A stretch of 64,000 nucleotides of DNA. Source: an uncultured Vicinamibacteraceae bacterium. Lineage in GTDB: Bacteria; Acidobacteriota; Vicinamibacteria; Vicinamibacterales; UBA8438. Numbering within the stretch: the first letter of the stretch is position 1; each line of letters opens with the position of its first letter. Below are positions 8,214-18,077 of the stretch, piece after piece. A program made the position numbers and the translations under genes. The stretch covers positions 36,016 through 100,015 of the forward strand of contig CAZDQD010000071.1 in assembly GCA_964507425.1 (NCBI GenBank), read 5' to 3'. A model generated the notes under the pieces. It saw nothing but the letters and a program-made list of their open reading frames with translations, did not search any database and was not told the DNA's origin.

Positions 8214-9260
8214 TCAAACGGTCCGGCCAGAACAACTCGATCCCGAGCCAGCAGTACACCCAAAACAATGTCGGCCTACAACGATGGACCTCGATTCCAA
8301 AGCATCAAGGTCGAAGTCAGAGATATGCCGTGGCCCAGATGATTCAACTGGAATGTCAAGCATCTGATTAAAATCACAGTCAAACAACCTACCGTCCCAA
8401 CCGATGGAAATCGTGTTTCGGCACATCACACTCTCAGCCGCCGCCACGTTGTAGCTATTTACAAGACGCTCCATGTATCCCTCAAGGTTAGACGACCCGA
8501 CCAACCACTCTAGAAAACGACTAATCGGCATATTCGTAATCGTATAAAGGGCATTAAACCTGACGCCATAGCGGCGGTCCAGTTCTCGTTTCCACTCCTG
8601 CTCAAGAGAGGCCTGGCCTGCCGGTAGAAAAGCACCAACCGGATTGGTAACCAAAACAAGTCGAAGCCCAGAATGATCGTCACCGTACCCCAATGAGTTC
8701 AAACGCTGTAACTGTTTGATTGATTGCTCGAACACACCCGCACCACGTTGAGCATCGGTACTAGGGGCGCGGTAATGGGGCAACGAGCAGACAACCTCGA
8801 CACGGTACTCAGCGAGAAAATCAGCAAGGTCTGCTTGTGACGCCAGACCAAGCACCGTCAAATTACACCGATCAATTACATGACGGTTAAGTGCCCGACA
8901 CTGCCGGACAAGCCAACGAAAATTCGGATTCAGCTCTGGCGCCCCTCCCGTCACATCAACTGTCTGAATTGCGGTTCGATCTAAAACCCCCACACATTGA
9001 GCCATCGTCTCGCGTGTCATAACCTCACGCCGGTCAGGACCCGCGTCCACGTGGCAATGACTACAGGTTTGGTTGCACAACTTCCCCACATTGATCTGCA
9101 TGATGTCAATACCCGTAGGACGAAGAGGATGCAAACCACTCACAGCAAGTGCGTCTGAAAACTCAGACGCGAGGGGCAATCGACGCAGTGTTCTCAACTG
9201 CTCGCGTGTAGACGCGAGGGGCGCGTCGCGTGACAGCAGGGATGGCAAGGTCTTTCTCAT
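8214..9260 (-). CDS. arsS: Arsenosugar biosynthesis radical SAM protein ArsS-like (DUF3641 C-terminus)
   Basis: QINVGKLCNQTCSHCHVDAGP (CxxxCxxC), TGGAPELNP, MCR..DCDFNQML, C-terminal HCFGCTAGSGSSC. Confidence 0.9.
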   Translation of the reverse strand: MRKTLPSLLSRDAPLASTREQLRTLRRLPLASEFSDALAVSGLHPLRPTGIDIMQINVGKLCNQTCSHCHVDAGPDRREVMTRETMAQCVGVLDRTAIQTVDVTGGAPELNPNFRWLVRQCRALNRHVIDRCNLTVLGLASQADLADFLAEYRVEVVCSLPHYRAPSTDAQRGAGVFEQSIKQLQRLNSLGYGDDHSGLRLVLVTNPVGAFLPAGQASLEQEWKRELDRRYGVRFNALYTITNMPISRFLEWLVGSSNLEGYMERLVNSYNVAAAESVMCRNTISIGWDGRLFDCDFNQMLDIPVESSGPRHISDFDLDALESRSIVVGRHCFGCTAGSGSSCSGRTV

Positions 9261-9266
9261 TATGTT

Positions 9267-9602
9267 CTACATGCCTAGCTTGTCAACATGGCTCCGCATT
9301 TGCACACCGTGAACCAGCGAGGCTCCACCTCGAATGGCCGAAGCAACATGGACAGCTTCCGTCATTTGATCGAGGTCAGAACCTTTTTCAAGGGCGTCGG
9401 TACTATAGGCATCGATACAGTAGGGACATTGCACCGCGTGAGCCACAGCCAACGCTATGAGTGATTTTTCTCGCGCTGAGAGTGCGCCATCCTCAAAAAC
9501 CGCACTGTACCAGGCGAAGAACTTATCTCCGAGTTCAGGACGGTTCTTACTGATCTCGGGAAACTTTTTTAGGTCCTCTGAGTGGTAATACGTCTGGCTC
9601 AT
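9267..9602 (-). CDS. CMD/AhpD-family peroxidase-like protein associated with arsS
   Basis: GALSAREKSLIALAVAHAVQCPYCIDAY..GGASLVHGVQM; lies 6 bp upstream of arsS. Confidence 0.88.
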   Translation of the reverse strand: MSQTYYHSEDLKKFPEISKNRPELGDKFFAWYSAVFEDGALSAREKSLIALAVAHAVQCPYCIDAYSTDALEKGSDLDQMTEAVHVASAIRGGASLVHGVQMRSHVDKLGM

Positions 9603-9737
9603 GGGTTCTCCTCATCCGTTGTCTTCTACTTCCCGCCACAAGTCCTCCTCTTTCGGAGAGCACAGTTGTCGGTATAATCGAAAGAACCTTTACAGTACAC
9701 CGAATGCATGGCCTATTTTGTATAGGGAGCACAAGTT

Positions 9738-10187
9738 ATGGCGCGTACGAGTTTTGGAATTCTCAGTCTCTTTGTTGTGGTGCTCGCGGTCGGCGTGGCT
9801 CAAACACGCTCGGTTACCCCGGTAGCCACTGTCGGCCAGATTCAACGGGCGATGGTAAGCCCGTCATCAGACATCATCTTCAATGTTGGCAGTGAAGCTC
9901 CGGAAACAGACTCTGAATGGCAGGTCGTTGAAAATGCAGCCGTTATTCTCGCTGAGGCCGGCAATCTATTCATGATGGACGGCCGACGTCAAGACGAAGG
10001 TCTCTGGATGGAACTAGCCGGCGCGATGGCAGATGCCGGTGCAAATGCGCTGAGCGCCGCAGAAGCACGCGATGTCGATGGCGTACTCGACGCGGGCAAC
10101 GCACTAATCGAGGTCTGTGAAGCCTGCCATCAGCCCTACCGGGATGGCGGCAGGCCGATGGGACCACCGCCCGAGGCCAGACAATAG
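9738..10187 (+). CDS. Secreted class II (cytochrome c'-like) monoheme cytochrome c
   Basis: Signal peptide, helical Ala-rich body, single C-terminal CEACH heme motif; GGGAG RBS. Confidence 0.75.
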   Translation: MARTSFGILSLFVVVLAVGVAQTRSVTPVATVGQIQRAMVSPSSDIIFNVGSEAPETDSEWQVVENAAVILAEAGNLFMMDGRRQDEGLWMELAGAMADAGANALSAAEARDVDGVLDAGNALIEVCEACHQPYRDGGRPMGPPPEARQ

Positions 10188-10194
10188 TCGTTCA

Positions 10195-11700
10195 TTACTG
10201 ACTTGCCGGAACGGCTTCCATCAACGTTGCCAGCGCACGACTAAGACCGTCACCACCATCACTCGCCCCACGGTAATGGCCTTGCCGAACAACAACCAGG
10301 TCGTGTGACGGAATAATCAACGTCGTCTGCCCACCAGCCCCAGCCATGTAATAGGCTTCGTGTGGCACAGGAAAACTTCCCGTTCCATTTATCCAAAAAA
10401 ATCCACCGTATATCGGCCGCCCATCTGCCTCCCATGCCGGAGCAACCGTACTGACAAAATTCACATATCCTTCCGGCAAAATGCGCTCACCATTCCACAC
10501 ACCATCTTGGAGATACAAATTTCCCAGGCGGGCCCAATCACGGGCCGGTGCAAGTTCATAGCCCTGAAGTAAGTAATTGCCGTAAGGGTCGGTTTCGAGC
10601 ACCATTCCACGGATGCCGATGCGGTCAAACAGCTCGCGTTGCGGAAAGCTCAGATAGTCGTCGCCACGCCCTTCAACACCCAAACGCACGAGATAATTAG
10701 TAAGAACGGGGTCAGAATTCCGATACCGACCGATCGTGTTTGGTGGCCACTGCTGAGGCCGCGTGGCCGCCCACTCAAACGAATTCACGCTGCCCGTGTA
10801 GACATACAAGTGGTCCGGGTAACCAAGCGCAGGATCGAGATCAGGATCTCCGACACCACGAAAACGAAGCCCACTGGACATTCTCAATATGTCGGCGATG
10901 CGAATGCCTGCTCGCGGGTCACCAGCACTCTGCCATTCAGGCACCGGCGCCGGCTGATATAACTCATAGACACCTTGCTGAATCAACACTCCCATCAGCG
11001 TAGCCGTCAAGCTCTTACCCATCGACCAACTTTCAAGCGGAGTATGCATCGTAAGACCGTCACCATAGCGCTCGCCCACAATCCGACCTTTGTGTGTCAC
11101 CACAAACGCAGCTGTTAGGCCGGTATCCGGTTCAAACGCTTGGTCAACAGCTCGACCGATAAGGTCCATGTCCAATTCCGAAGGTAACGGTTCAGTAGAC
11201 AGACGATCTCCCATCGGCCATGGTGTGGTCGCCGCATCCGGCAAAGTCGTTTTAATATCAACCGGATCAAAAAACACGTCCTCCTCTCCCACAGGCAACG
11301 TCACACAGCCATGGTCACCGTTGAGTTTGGCGGTTCGCACTACCCCGTTCGGCAACGTCAGATGCACGCGCCGACCATCACGGTCGATATCCCGAGCAGT
11401 GATATGCCGGCGGTGCTCATATGGGCCACTAAAAAATCCCACACTCTCGGCCGCAAAGTCGGGCTCGAGCCCTGTAACAAACACCGCGGAACATAACGTC
11501 TTTGCAAACCCGGAAATATGATGAGAAAGGGGATCGCCAGGGGGCGCAACATATTCCGTATCCAACTCTGCCGCCTCTGCACGTGCGAGCATTTCCCGAT
11601 GAGAGTTGTCAGTTTGCTGCGCCAGCACAGTGACTGCCAGAGTCACTGCCATAACGACGAGTACGGAGATGGACCTACCAACAAAATTTCGACTCGTCAT
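10195..11700 (-). CDS. Secreted serine hydrolase (beta-lactamase class C-like family)
   Basis: SxxK (SMGK), YxN (YRN), GAGGQ; start moved to ATG 11700, which removes the overlap with the ankyrin gene and gives a signal peptide. Confidence 0.88.
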   Translation of the reverse strand: MTSRNFVGRSISVLVVMAVTLAVTVLAQQTDNSHREMLARAEAAELDTEYVAPPGDPLSHHISGFAKTLCSAVFVTGLEPDFAAESVGFFSGPYEHRRHITARDIDRDGRRVHLTLPNGVVRTAKLNGDHGCVTLPVGEEDVFFDPVDIKTTLPDAATTPWPMGDRLSTEPLPSELDMDLIGRAVDQAFEPDTGLTAAFVVTHKGRIVGERYGDGLTMHTPLESWSMGKSLTATLMGVLIQQGVYELYQPAPVPEWQSAGDPRAGIRIADILRMSSGLRFRGVGDPDLDPALGYPDHLYVYTGSVNSFEWAATRPQQWPPNTIGRYRNSDPVLTNYLVRLGVEGRGDDYLSFPQRELFDRIGIRGMVLETDPYGNYLLQGYELAPARDWARLGNLYLQDGVWNGERILPEGYVNFVSTVAPAWEADGRPIYGGFFWINGTGSFPVPHEAYYMAGAGGQTTLIIPSHDLVVVRQGHYRGASDGGDGLSRALATLMEAVPASQ

Positions 11701-11737
11701 ATCGGCCCTCAAAAACAAGTTGCGCAGGGCGATCAAG

Positions 11738-13282
11738 CTATCGGACCACACCTGCCTCTTCGAGTTGATCCGCAAAATCCCGACCCAAATCAAACCCGAG
11801 CGTAACGTCAGCACCCAACGCCTCCAAAACTTCGGCGGTTTCCTCATGCGTATAGAACGAGCCTGAACGGTACTCTCCCTGAGCGCCTACCATCCACGGG
11901 GTTTGTCCACGCAGGTTCACAACATCCATCTCCGCTCCCTGCTCCACCAGGTACGGCGCGATAACCGTGCCCCCCATGTAGACTGCACCAAAGAGTGCCG
12001 TCTGGCCCATGTCGTTGGCGGCATTGATCTCCAAACCCAGCTCAAGACACAACTTGGTCGCCTCTAACGCCCGCTCTTGAATCATCGGCAGAAAAGCTGG
12101 GTACGAACGATGTCCATACTTGTCCTGCCCTTCAACGTAATCTATTCCAGCAGCAAGCATGAGAGCCGTTGTGTTGTCATCGGTTTTTGCGAACGGGTCG
12201 GCTCCAGCATCAATCAGCGAGCGCATAATGTCCAGATTGCCGTAACTGGCAGCGAGCAAAAATGGCGTCGCACCGTTAGTTGTTGGTGTCAGTCCGTTAT
12301 CTTGGGTAATACTCCGAGACAAGTACGGCATCCTCTTCTCGAGACGCACGTTTGGCTCAGCACCAGCCTCCAACAGGGCCGTCACGACATCAGGCATTTC
12401 CCGTTGCACAGCCGAGTGTAACGGAGTTCGACCAGCGCCACTTTGGTTCACGTCGGCACCGCTATCAATCAGAAAACGCGCCATTTCGGCATGCCCGCTG
12501 TCAATTGCAACAATCAGGGTCGACGCCTCGGTGTCTTCCCGAAAAAGCACCTGTGCATTCGTGTCGCCACCAATCCCGTCCGGGGCAAATTCGTCAACAG
12601 TAGCTCCGGCCGAAAGTAACATTCTCGCAATCTCGACGTTACCCTGCTGCGCGGCAAACAGTAACGGTGAAAATCCATTCATCGTTCGAGTCGTCGCACC
12701 ACCGCCAGTCTCAAGAATCACCCTGGCTACAGCAGTCTGGTTTTCAGCAACAGCCCACATCAACGCTGTCTGACCACGGGAGGATTCAGTCGCCGTGGGG
12801 TCCGCACCGGCAGCCAACAACCGTCGCACGACGTCAAGGTTTCCGACCCGAGCGGCTGTCATCAACACGGTTTCACCAGTCGTGCGTGCTGCCTTGGCAT
12901 CTGCCCCCGCCGCAAGAAGCCGCTCAACCAAGACGTCACTCCCATTAAGACAAGCTAAGGCCAACGGAGTCACACCGTGGTCATCAGCCGCATTGACGTC
13001 AGCCCCAGCATCAAGCAACACACTTGTCAACTCTAGGTTATCCCGGTGCACCGACCAGTGAAGAGCTGTAGCACCATCGCCTTGAGGAGCACTCACATCA
13101 ACTCCATCACTCACCAAGCGCTCGACACGGACACGATCGTCCGTCCTAACGGCGTCTATGAGTTCTATAGCTGAACTAGGAGCCACCGCCACGACCGTGA
13201 CGGGTTGACCAAGACAAAAAACGAGACCCACAGCAAACAAGACATAACCAAGTTTATTTAAAGCCATCATCGTCCTTGACAC
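11738..13282 (-). CDS. Secreted ankyrin-repeat protein
   Basis: Repeated GxTALH/GxTPL..A...G...V..LL..GAD units; signal peptide; start could be GTG 13282 or ATG 13270/13267. Confidence 0.9.
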   Translation of the reverse strand: MSRTMMALNKLGYVLFAVGLVFCLGQPVTVVAVAPSSAIELIDAVRTDDRVRVERLVSDGVDVSAPQGDGATALHWSVHRDNLELTSVLLDAGADVNAADDHGVTPLALACLNGSDVLVERLLAAGADAKAARTTGETVLMTAARVGNLDVVRRLLAAGADPTATESSRGQTALMWAVAENQTAVARVILETGGGATTRTMNGFSPLLFAAQQGNVEIARMLLSAGATVDEFAPDGIGGDTNAQVLFREDTEASTLIVAIDSGHAEMARFLIDSGADVNQSGAGRTPLHSAVQREMPDVVTALLEAGAEPNVRLEKRMPYLSRSITQDNGLTPTTNGATPFLLAASYGNLDIMRSLIDAGADPFAKTDDNTTALMLAAGIDYVEGQDKYGHRSYPAFLPMIQERALEATKLCLELGLEINAANDMGQTALFGAVYMGGTVIAPYLVEQGAEMDVVNLRGQTPWMVGAQGEYRSGSFYTHEETAEVLEALGADVTLGFDLGRDFADQLEEAGVVR

Positions 13283-13304
13283 CTCTCAAGTAGCATCATA
13301 ATAA
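13276..13304 (+). promoter_or_regulatory. Consensus sigma70 promoter for the DUF1592-DUF1552 operon
   Basis: TTGACA (13276-13281), 17 bp spacer, TATAAT (13299-13304), 73 bp upstream of ATG 13378. Confidence 0.8.
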
Positions 13305-13377
13305 TGCAGTGTTATAGAACGATTTACAAGCGTGTCGTCCCGTATAAAACGGGCGCAATGTTCTTGGTGACAACACA

Positions 13378-15807
13378 ATGGTTCAGACCATATCTTTGAT
13401 TCGGGTTGTTACTACCGTCGCGATACTCGGCAGTTCACTGTCTGCTGTGGTCGTGGCCCAAACTGCCGAAGCACAAACGCCGGCAACAGAGTACCGACAA
13501 CTCCTCAATCGCTATTGCGTTGGCTGTCACAACGACCGAACACTTACTGCAGGCGTGTCCTTGCAACATCTTGACCTGTCACAGGTGGGAGTCGACACGG
13601 AGGAAACCGAAATTTGGGAGAAGGTCGTTCGAAAACTTCGAACACGGGCAATGCCTCCCCAAGACCGACCTCGTCCTGATGAAGGCACATACATTTCGCT
13701 GACCGCGTGGATCGCAGACCAAATTGACCAAGTTGCAGAAAGACGTCCAAACCCAGGACGCCGTCACGCCGTGCACCGATTGAATCGAGCCGAATACGCA
13801 AACGCGATTCGCGATTTACTGGACCTCGAAATTAGCGGACAAGCCCTACTGCCTTCCGATGACTCTGGGTTCGGATTTGACAATATCGCTGACGTGTTGT
13901 CGGTTTCTCCCATGCTGACCGAGCGCTATCTTGGAGCGGCGCGAAAAGTCAGCTTACTCGCGGTCGGCGACCCATCCATCCAGCCGACGACGGAAGTGTT
14001 TGAGGTTGATAAAACTCTGCGTCAAGACAGACGCGTGAGTGACGAGCTTCCCTTTGGCTCCCGCGCCGGACTAGCCGCCCGTCACAACTTTCCGGTCGAT
14101 GGCGAGTACGTCGCGAAAATATTTTTCCTTCGTACGTATGACGGTCGCATAAGAGGACTGACAGAGCCCCACACACTGGAAGTTCGCTTGGATGGCACTT
14201 TGGTGGAGTCGGTCACGGTTGGGGGACCTGACCGTCTTCTAGAGTCTGGCCGTGGAGGAGGACGTCTAGACCTTCGAAACGTCCCTGACGACGGTCAAGA
14301 AATTAGTTTCACTGCAAAAGCTGGACCGGGAACACTTGCCGTTTCGTTCATCGACAAAGGCACCGTGCTCGAAGGTATGCAACGACCGTTCTACCGCGTG
14401 TCGAGCTATGAGTATGCCGGCGATTCAACAATTCCGCCTGGCATAGCCAGCGTCGAACTCCGTGGCCCATACCAGGTCACCGGACGAGGCGACACGCCCA
14501 GCCGACAACGCATCTTTACCTGTCGACCCGAAACGGAAACAAACGAAACAGAGTGTGCGGAACAGATCGTCTCGGCCTTGGCGAGACGTGCTTTTAGACG
14601 ACCAGTGACCGACGCTGACGTCTCCATGCTACTTGGATTTTTTGAGTCTGGACGAGAAGGGAAGGACTTCGATTCAGGCATCGAAATGGCACTGAGACGT
14701 ATCTTAGTCAGCCCGGACTTTCTTTTCAGGCGAGAAACGGACCCGTCAGATGTATCCCCCGGCGAGGCATACCCGATAAGCGACTTCGAGCTTGCATCAC
14801 GGCTGTCATTCTTTTTGTGGAGCAGCATCCCAGATGACGAGTTACTCGACGTTGCGGAGCGTGGAGAATTGCGTGACTCGACTGTTTTGGCGGGACAGGT
14901 TCGGCGCATGCTCAGCGACCCCCGCTCCCGAACGCTTATCGACAACTTCGGCGGCCAGTGGCTCTACATGAGAAATATCGATTTCATTACGCCGGATACG
15001 AAGGCTTTCCCTGATTTTGACGCCAATTTACGTCGAGCGATGGCTGAAGAAATGAAGTTGTTTCTGGAAAGCCAAATACAGGAAGACCGCGGCATTCTGG
15101 AATTGATGACCGCGGACTACACGTTCGTCAATGAGCGCCTCGCACGACACTACGGAATGCCCAATATCTACGGCAACCACTTTCGCCGTGTCGCCTTAGG
15201 TGAAGGACAGGAAATGCGACACGGACTCCTTGGCAAAGGTAGTCTGCTAACAGTCACATCCTACGCACATCGCACATCGCCAGTTGTTCGCGGTAAATGG
15301 CTTCTGGAAAATGTTCTTGGCACCCCGCCCCCACCACCGCCACCAGATGTGCCAGCGCTTGAAGAAAATGACGAAGGAGGCCTCGGCGCACGATCCGTTC
15401 GTGACCGCCTGGAACAGCACCGAGCAAACCCGGTGTGCGCAAGTTGCCACAAGGTGATGGATCCACTTGGATTTGCGCTGGAAAATTTCGATGGTATCGG
15501 CCGCTGGAGAAGCGTCAGTGAAGCCGGCACACCTATCGATGCCAGCGGAGTCTTAAGTGACGGAACACCAGTTAATGGCCCGACAACCCTTCGGGAAGCG
15601 TTCGTCAGCCGTGGCGAAAACTTTGTCACGACCGTAGCGGAGAAGCTGCTTACTTACGCAGTCGGTCGTGGTGTTGAATCCTTCGACGGTCCAGCTGTGC
15701 GTGAAATTGTGGACTATGCGGCCCAGGAGGAGTATCGTTGGTCAGCCCTTATAGCAGGGGTCGTTCAGAGTACGCCGTTCCAGATGAGGAGATCAGCAGA
15801 GCCATGA
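13378..15807 (+). CDS. DUF1592/1588/1585/1587/1595 (PSD/PSCyt-type) multidomain protein with two heme-c motifs
   Basis: CVGCH near the N-terminus; RLNRAEYANAIRDLL, FGFDN, LASRLSFFLWSS.PD, TSPVVRGKW.L, CASCH..MDPLGFALENFD. Confidence 0.92.
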   Translation: MVQTISLIRVVTTVAILGSSLSAVVVAQTAEAQTPATEYRQLLNRYCVGCHNDRTLTAGVSLQHLDLSQVGVDTEETEIWEKVVRKLRTRAMPPQDRPRPDEGTYISLTAWIADQIDQVAERRPNPGRRHAVHRLNRAEYANAIRDLLDLEISGQALLPSDDSGFGFDNIADVLSVSPMLTERYLGAARKVSLLAVGDPSIQPTTEVFEVDKTLRQDRRVSDELPFGSRAGLAARHNFPVDGEYVAKIFFLRTYDGRIRGLTEPHTLEVRLDGTLVESVTVGGPDRLLESGRGGGRLDLRNVPDDGQEISFTAKAGPGTLAVSFIDKGTVLEGMQRPFYRVSSYEYAGDSTIPPGIASVELRGPYQVTGRGDTPSRQRIFTCRPETETNETECAEQIVSALARRAFRRPVTDADVSMLLGFFESGREGKDFDSGIEMALRRILVSPDFLFRRETDPSDVSPGEAYPISDFELASRLSFFLWSSIPDDELLDVAERGELRDSTVLAGQVRRMLSDPRSRTLIDNFGGQWLYMRNIDFITPDTKAFPDFDANLRRAMAEEMKLFLESQIQEDRGILELMTADYTFVNERLARHYGMPNIYGNHFRRVALGEGQEMRHGLLGKGSLLTVTSYAHRTSPVVRGKWLLENVLGTPPPPPPPDVPALEENDEGGLGARSVRDRLEQHRANPVCASCHKVMDPLGFALENFDGIGRWRSVSEAGTPIDASGVLSDGTPVNGPTTLREAFVSRGENFVTTVAEKLLTYAVGRGVESFDGPAVREIVDYAAQEEYRWSALIAGVVQSTPFQMRRSAEP

Positions 15808-17162
15808 TCATTACAAAGAAGAATCTACCCCGTCGAACGTTTCTCCGTGGCGTTGGCGCCACGTTAGCGTTACCGTTGCTCGACAGCATGGTGCCAGCTT
15901 TTGCGGCCGTGCGTAACTCTGCAGCAAAGCCGATCCAAAGGTTTTTCACCGGATACGTCCCCAACGGTATGGTCATGGCGGACTGGACTCCGAGCACGGA
16001 AGGTGCCCTCGGCGACCTACCGATGACACTCGAACCACTTACGCCGTTCAAGGACAAGATGTTACTCGTAAGTGGACTGGCAGACGCACCTGCGTTTCCG
16101 CTTGCAGGAGAGGGAACCGGTGATCACGTAAGAGCCGCCGCAACTTTCCTAACGGGTGTGCATCCCAAGAAAACCGATGGCCCGGACATCAGATGCGGGA
16201 CGTCGATGGACCAAATTGCGGCACAGGTAATAGGAAACGAAACCATCCTGACCTCGCTAGAACTCGCACTAGATCCGAACGAACTTGTTGGCGCTTGTGA
16301 GCAAGGGTGGAGCTGTGCCTATGCCAATACGCTGTCGTGGCGAAACCCTACAACGCCGCTTCCCATGGAGAACCAACCGCGGGCCGTCTTCGAGCGCCTG
16401 TTTGGTGATACTGACAACACGACTCCGGAAGCTCGCCTGGCACGTATCAAGGAAGACCGCAGTATTTTAGATTCACTTGTTCATGAAGTCGCAGATTTCG
16501 GTCGAAACCTCGGTCAAGGTGATCGGATGAAGGTGTCGCAATATCTTGAGGCTATCCGTGATATCGAACGCCGCATCCAAATTGCCGAATCCCAGAGCGA
16601 TAGGGAACTTCCCGAGCTTGATCGTCCCACTGGTGGTATTCCAGACACGTTTAAGGACCACTCGCGTCTGATGTTCGATTTGCAGGTCATCGCCTTTCAA
16701 GCAGACATGACAAGAATTATTACATTCATGATGGGTCGCGAGGTCAGTCCGCGCACTTATCCCGAGCTTGGGATTCCCGACCCGCATCATGGGCTTTCGC
16801 ATCACCGGAACGATCCCGAAAATATTGCGAAACTCGCAAAGGTTAATCACCATCACATTGAGCAGCTCGCGTACTTCATGGAGAAGCTAGCCGCTACTCC
16901 AGACGGTGACGGCACTCTCCTTGACCATGTCATGATCCAGTATGGCTCTGGCATCAGTGACAGCAACCAGCATCTCCATGTCAACTTACCGGTGCTACTC
17001 GCCGGGGGAGCCGCCGGACAGCTCAAAGGTGGTCGCCATCTTCGCGTGAAGGAAGAGACGCCTCTCACAAACTTGCAGCTGGCCATGCTAGAGAAACTGG
17101 GCGTGCCAACGGAAACGTTAGGTGACAGTACTGGCGTGGTGCAGCATCTTTCAGGGGTATAG
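15804..17162 (+). CDS. DUF1552 (HxxSHH) protein
   Basis: ATG 15804 overlaps the upstream stop (ATGA); RRTFLRG..LALPLLDSM, YVPNG, HHGLSHH, DGTLLD..YGSG. Confidence 0.92.
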   Translation: MIITKKNLPRRTFLRGVGATLALPLLDSMVPAFAAVRNSAAKPIQRFFTGYVPNGMVMADWTPSTEGALGDLPMTLEPLTPFKDKMLLVSGLADAPAFPLAGEGTGDHVRAAATFLTGVHPKKTDGPDIRCGTSMDQIAAQVIGNETILTSLELALDPNELVGACEQGWSCAYANTLSWRNPTTPLPMENQPRAVFERLFGDTDNTTPEARLARIKEDRSILDSLVHEVADFGRNLGQGDRMKVSQYLEAIRDIERRIQIAESQSDRELPELDRPTGGIPDTFKDHSRLMFDLQVIAFQADMTRIITFMMGREVSPRTYPELGIPDPHHGLSHHRNDPENIAKLAKVNHHHIEQLAYFMEKLAATPDGDGTLLDHVMIQYGSGISDSNQHLHVNLPVLLAGGAAGQLKGGRHLRVKEETPLTNLQLAMLEKLGVPTETLGDSTGVVQHLSGV

Positions 17163-17288
17163 AAGCTACTTCGATTCGACACGTCAGTTTTTTAATGTTG
17201 TGAAACCCTGTCGTTAGACTGTGGCCGTCCGTGACCACAATCAACCTCGCATGGGCGGCTGCTGGCCATCCCGTCCGCGCTACCAACG

Positions 17289-18077
17289 ATGATCCAGGCC
17301 GAACACCTCACTAAACGCTATCGAGACAAAACTGCTGTCAACGACGTCACACTGTCCGTGCACGTCGGTGAGACCGTTGTGCTTCTTGGCGGGTCTGGCT
17401 CCGGAAAAACGACCACACTCAAAATGCTTAACCGCCTAATCGAACCGACGGACGGAGAGGTCTGGCTCGACGGAACGAATACAACGCAAGTGCCACCTCA
17501 CGAGCTCAGACGACGTATTGGTTACGTTTTTCAACAAGTGGGCTTGTTTCCTCACATGACAGTCAGCGAAAACATTGGCGTAACACCGAAACTGCTTAAG
17601 TGGTCACCAAACCGCATTCTCGCTCGAATTGAAGAATTACTTAGCCTTCTGGATCTTGAGAAATCTCTTTTAGAACGGCAACCACACGAACTCTCCGGTG
17701 GCCAACAACAGCGCGTCGGAGTCGCCAGGGCTCTTGCCGCACACCCTGACGTGATGCTTCTCGACGAACCGTTCGGAGCCCTCGATCAAATAACCCGTGA
17801 ACGTCTACAGGACTCATATCTACGAATTCGGAAAACCCTTTCCCTTACTTCAATATTCGTCACCCATGATATCGGTGAAGCAATAACCCTAGGAGATCGT
17901 ATTGGAGTGATGCATCACGGGCGGTTGCTACAACTCGCATCACCAAGTGAACTTGTTGCTAATCCAGCTAATAACTATGTCCGAGAATTAATGAATTCAC
18001 CGCGGCGACAAGCAGCTCGAGTTGAGGCGCTGTCTTCAAACAGGGACAAAAATCTGGCTGACCAACCAAATGGCTGA
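17289..18077 (+). CDS. Osmoprotectant/quaternary-amine ABC transporter ATP-binding subunit
   Basis: GGSGSGKTTTLKMLNRL, LRRRIGYV.Q..GLFPHMT, LSGGQQQRVGVARALA, LLDEPFGALD; no CBS domains. Confidence 0.9.
   Translation: MIQAEHLTKRYRDKTAVNDVTLSVHVGETVVLLGGSGSGKTTTLKMLNRLIEPTDGEVWLDGTNTTQVPPHELRRRIGYVFQQVGLFPHMTVSENIGVTPKLLKWSPNRILARIEELLSLLDLEKSLLERQPHELSGGQQQRVGVARALAAHPDVMLLDEPFGALDQITRERLQDSYLRIRKTLSLTSIFVTHDIGEAITLGDRIGVMHHGRLLQLASPSELVANPANNYVRELMNSPRRQAARVEALSSNRDKNLADQPNG

Noticed and set aside
9166-9232. Direct repeat AGACGCGAGGGGC, two copies
   Set aside because: It lies inside arsS (encoding PLAS twice); two copies only, not a CRISPR or mobile-element end.
8214-9602. Selenocysteine recoding in ArsS or the CMD protein
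   Set aside because: The relevant motifs (GSSC, CPYC) are encoded as Cys and both ORFs are full length.
15322-15346. C-rich tract encoding poly-proline
   Set aside because: Normal PPPPP segment of this DUF1588-type region; the frame is intact.
1-17200. Left part looks somewhat more GC-rich than 19-31 kb, suggesting horizontal acquisition
   Set aside because: Visual impression only, not computed; no mobility genes or boundary repeats seen.
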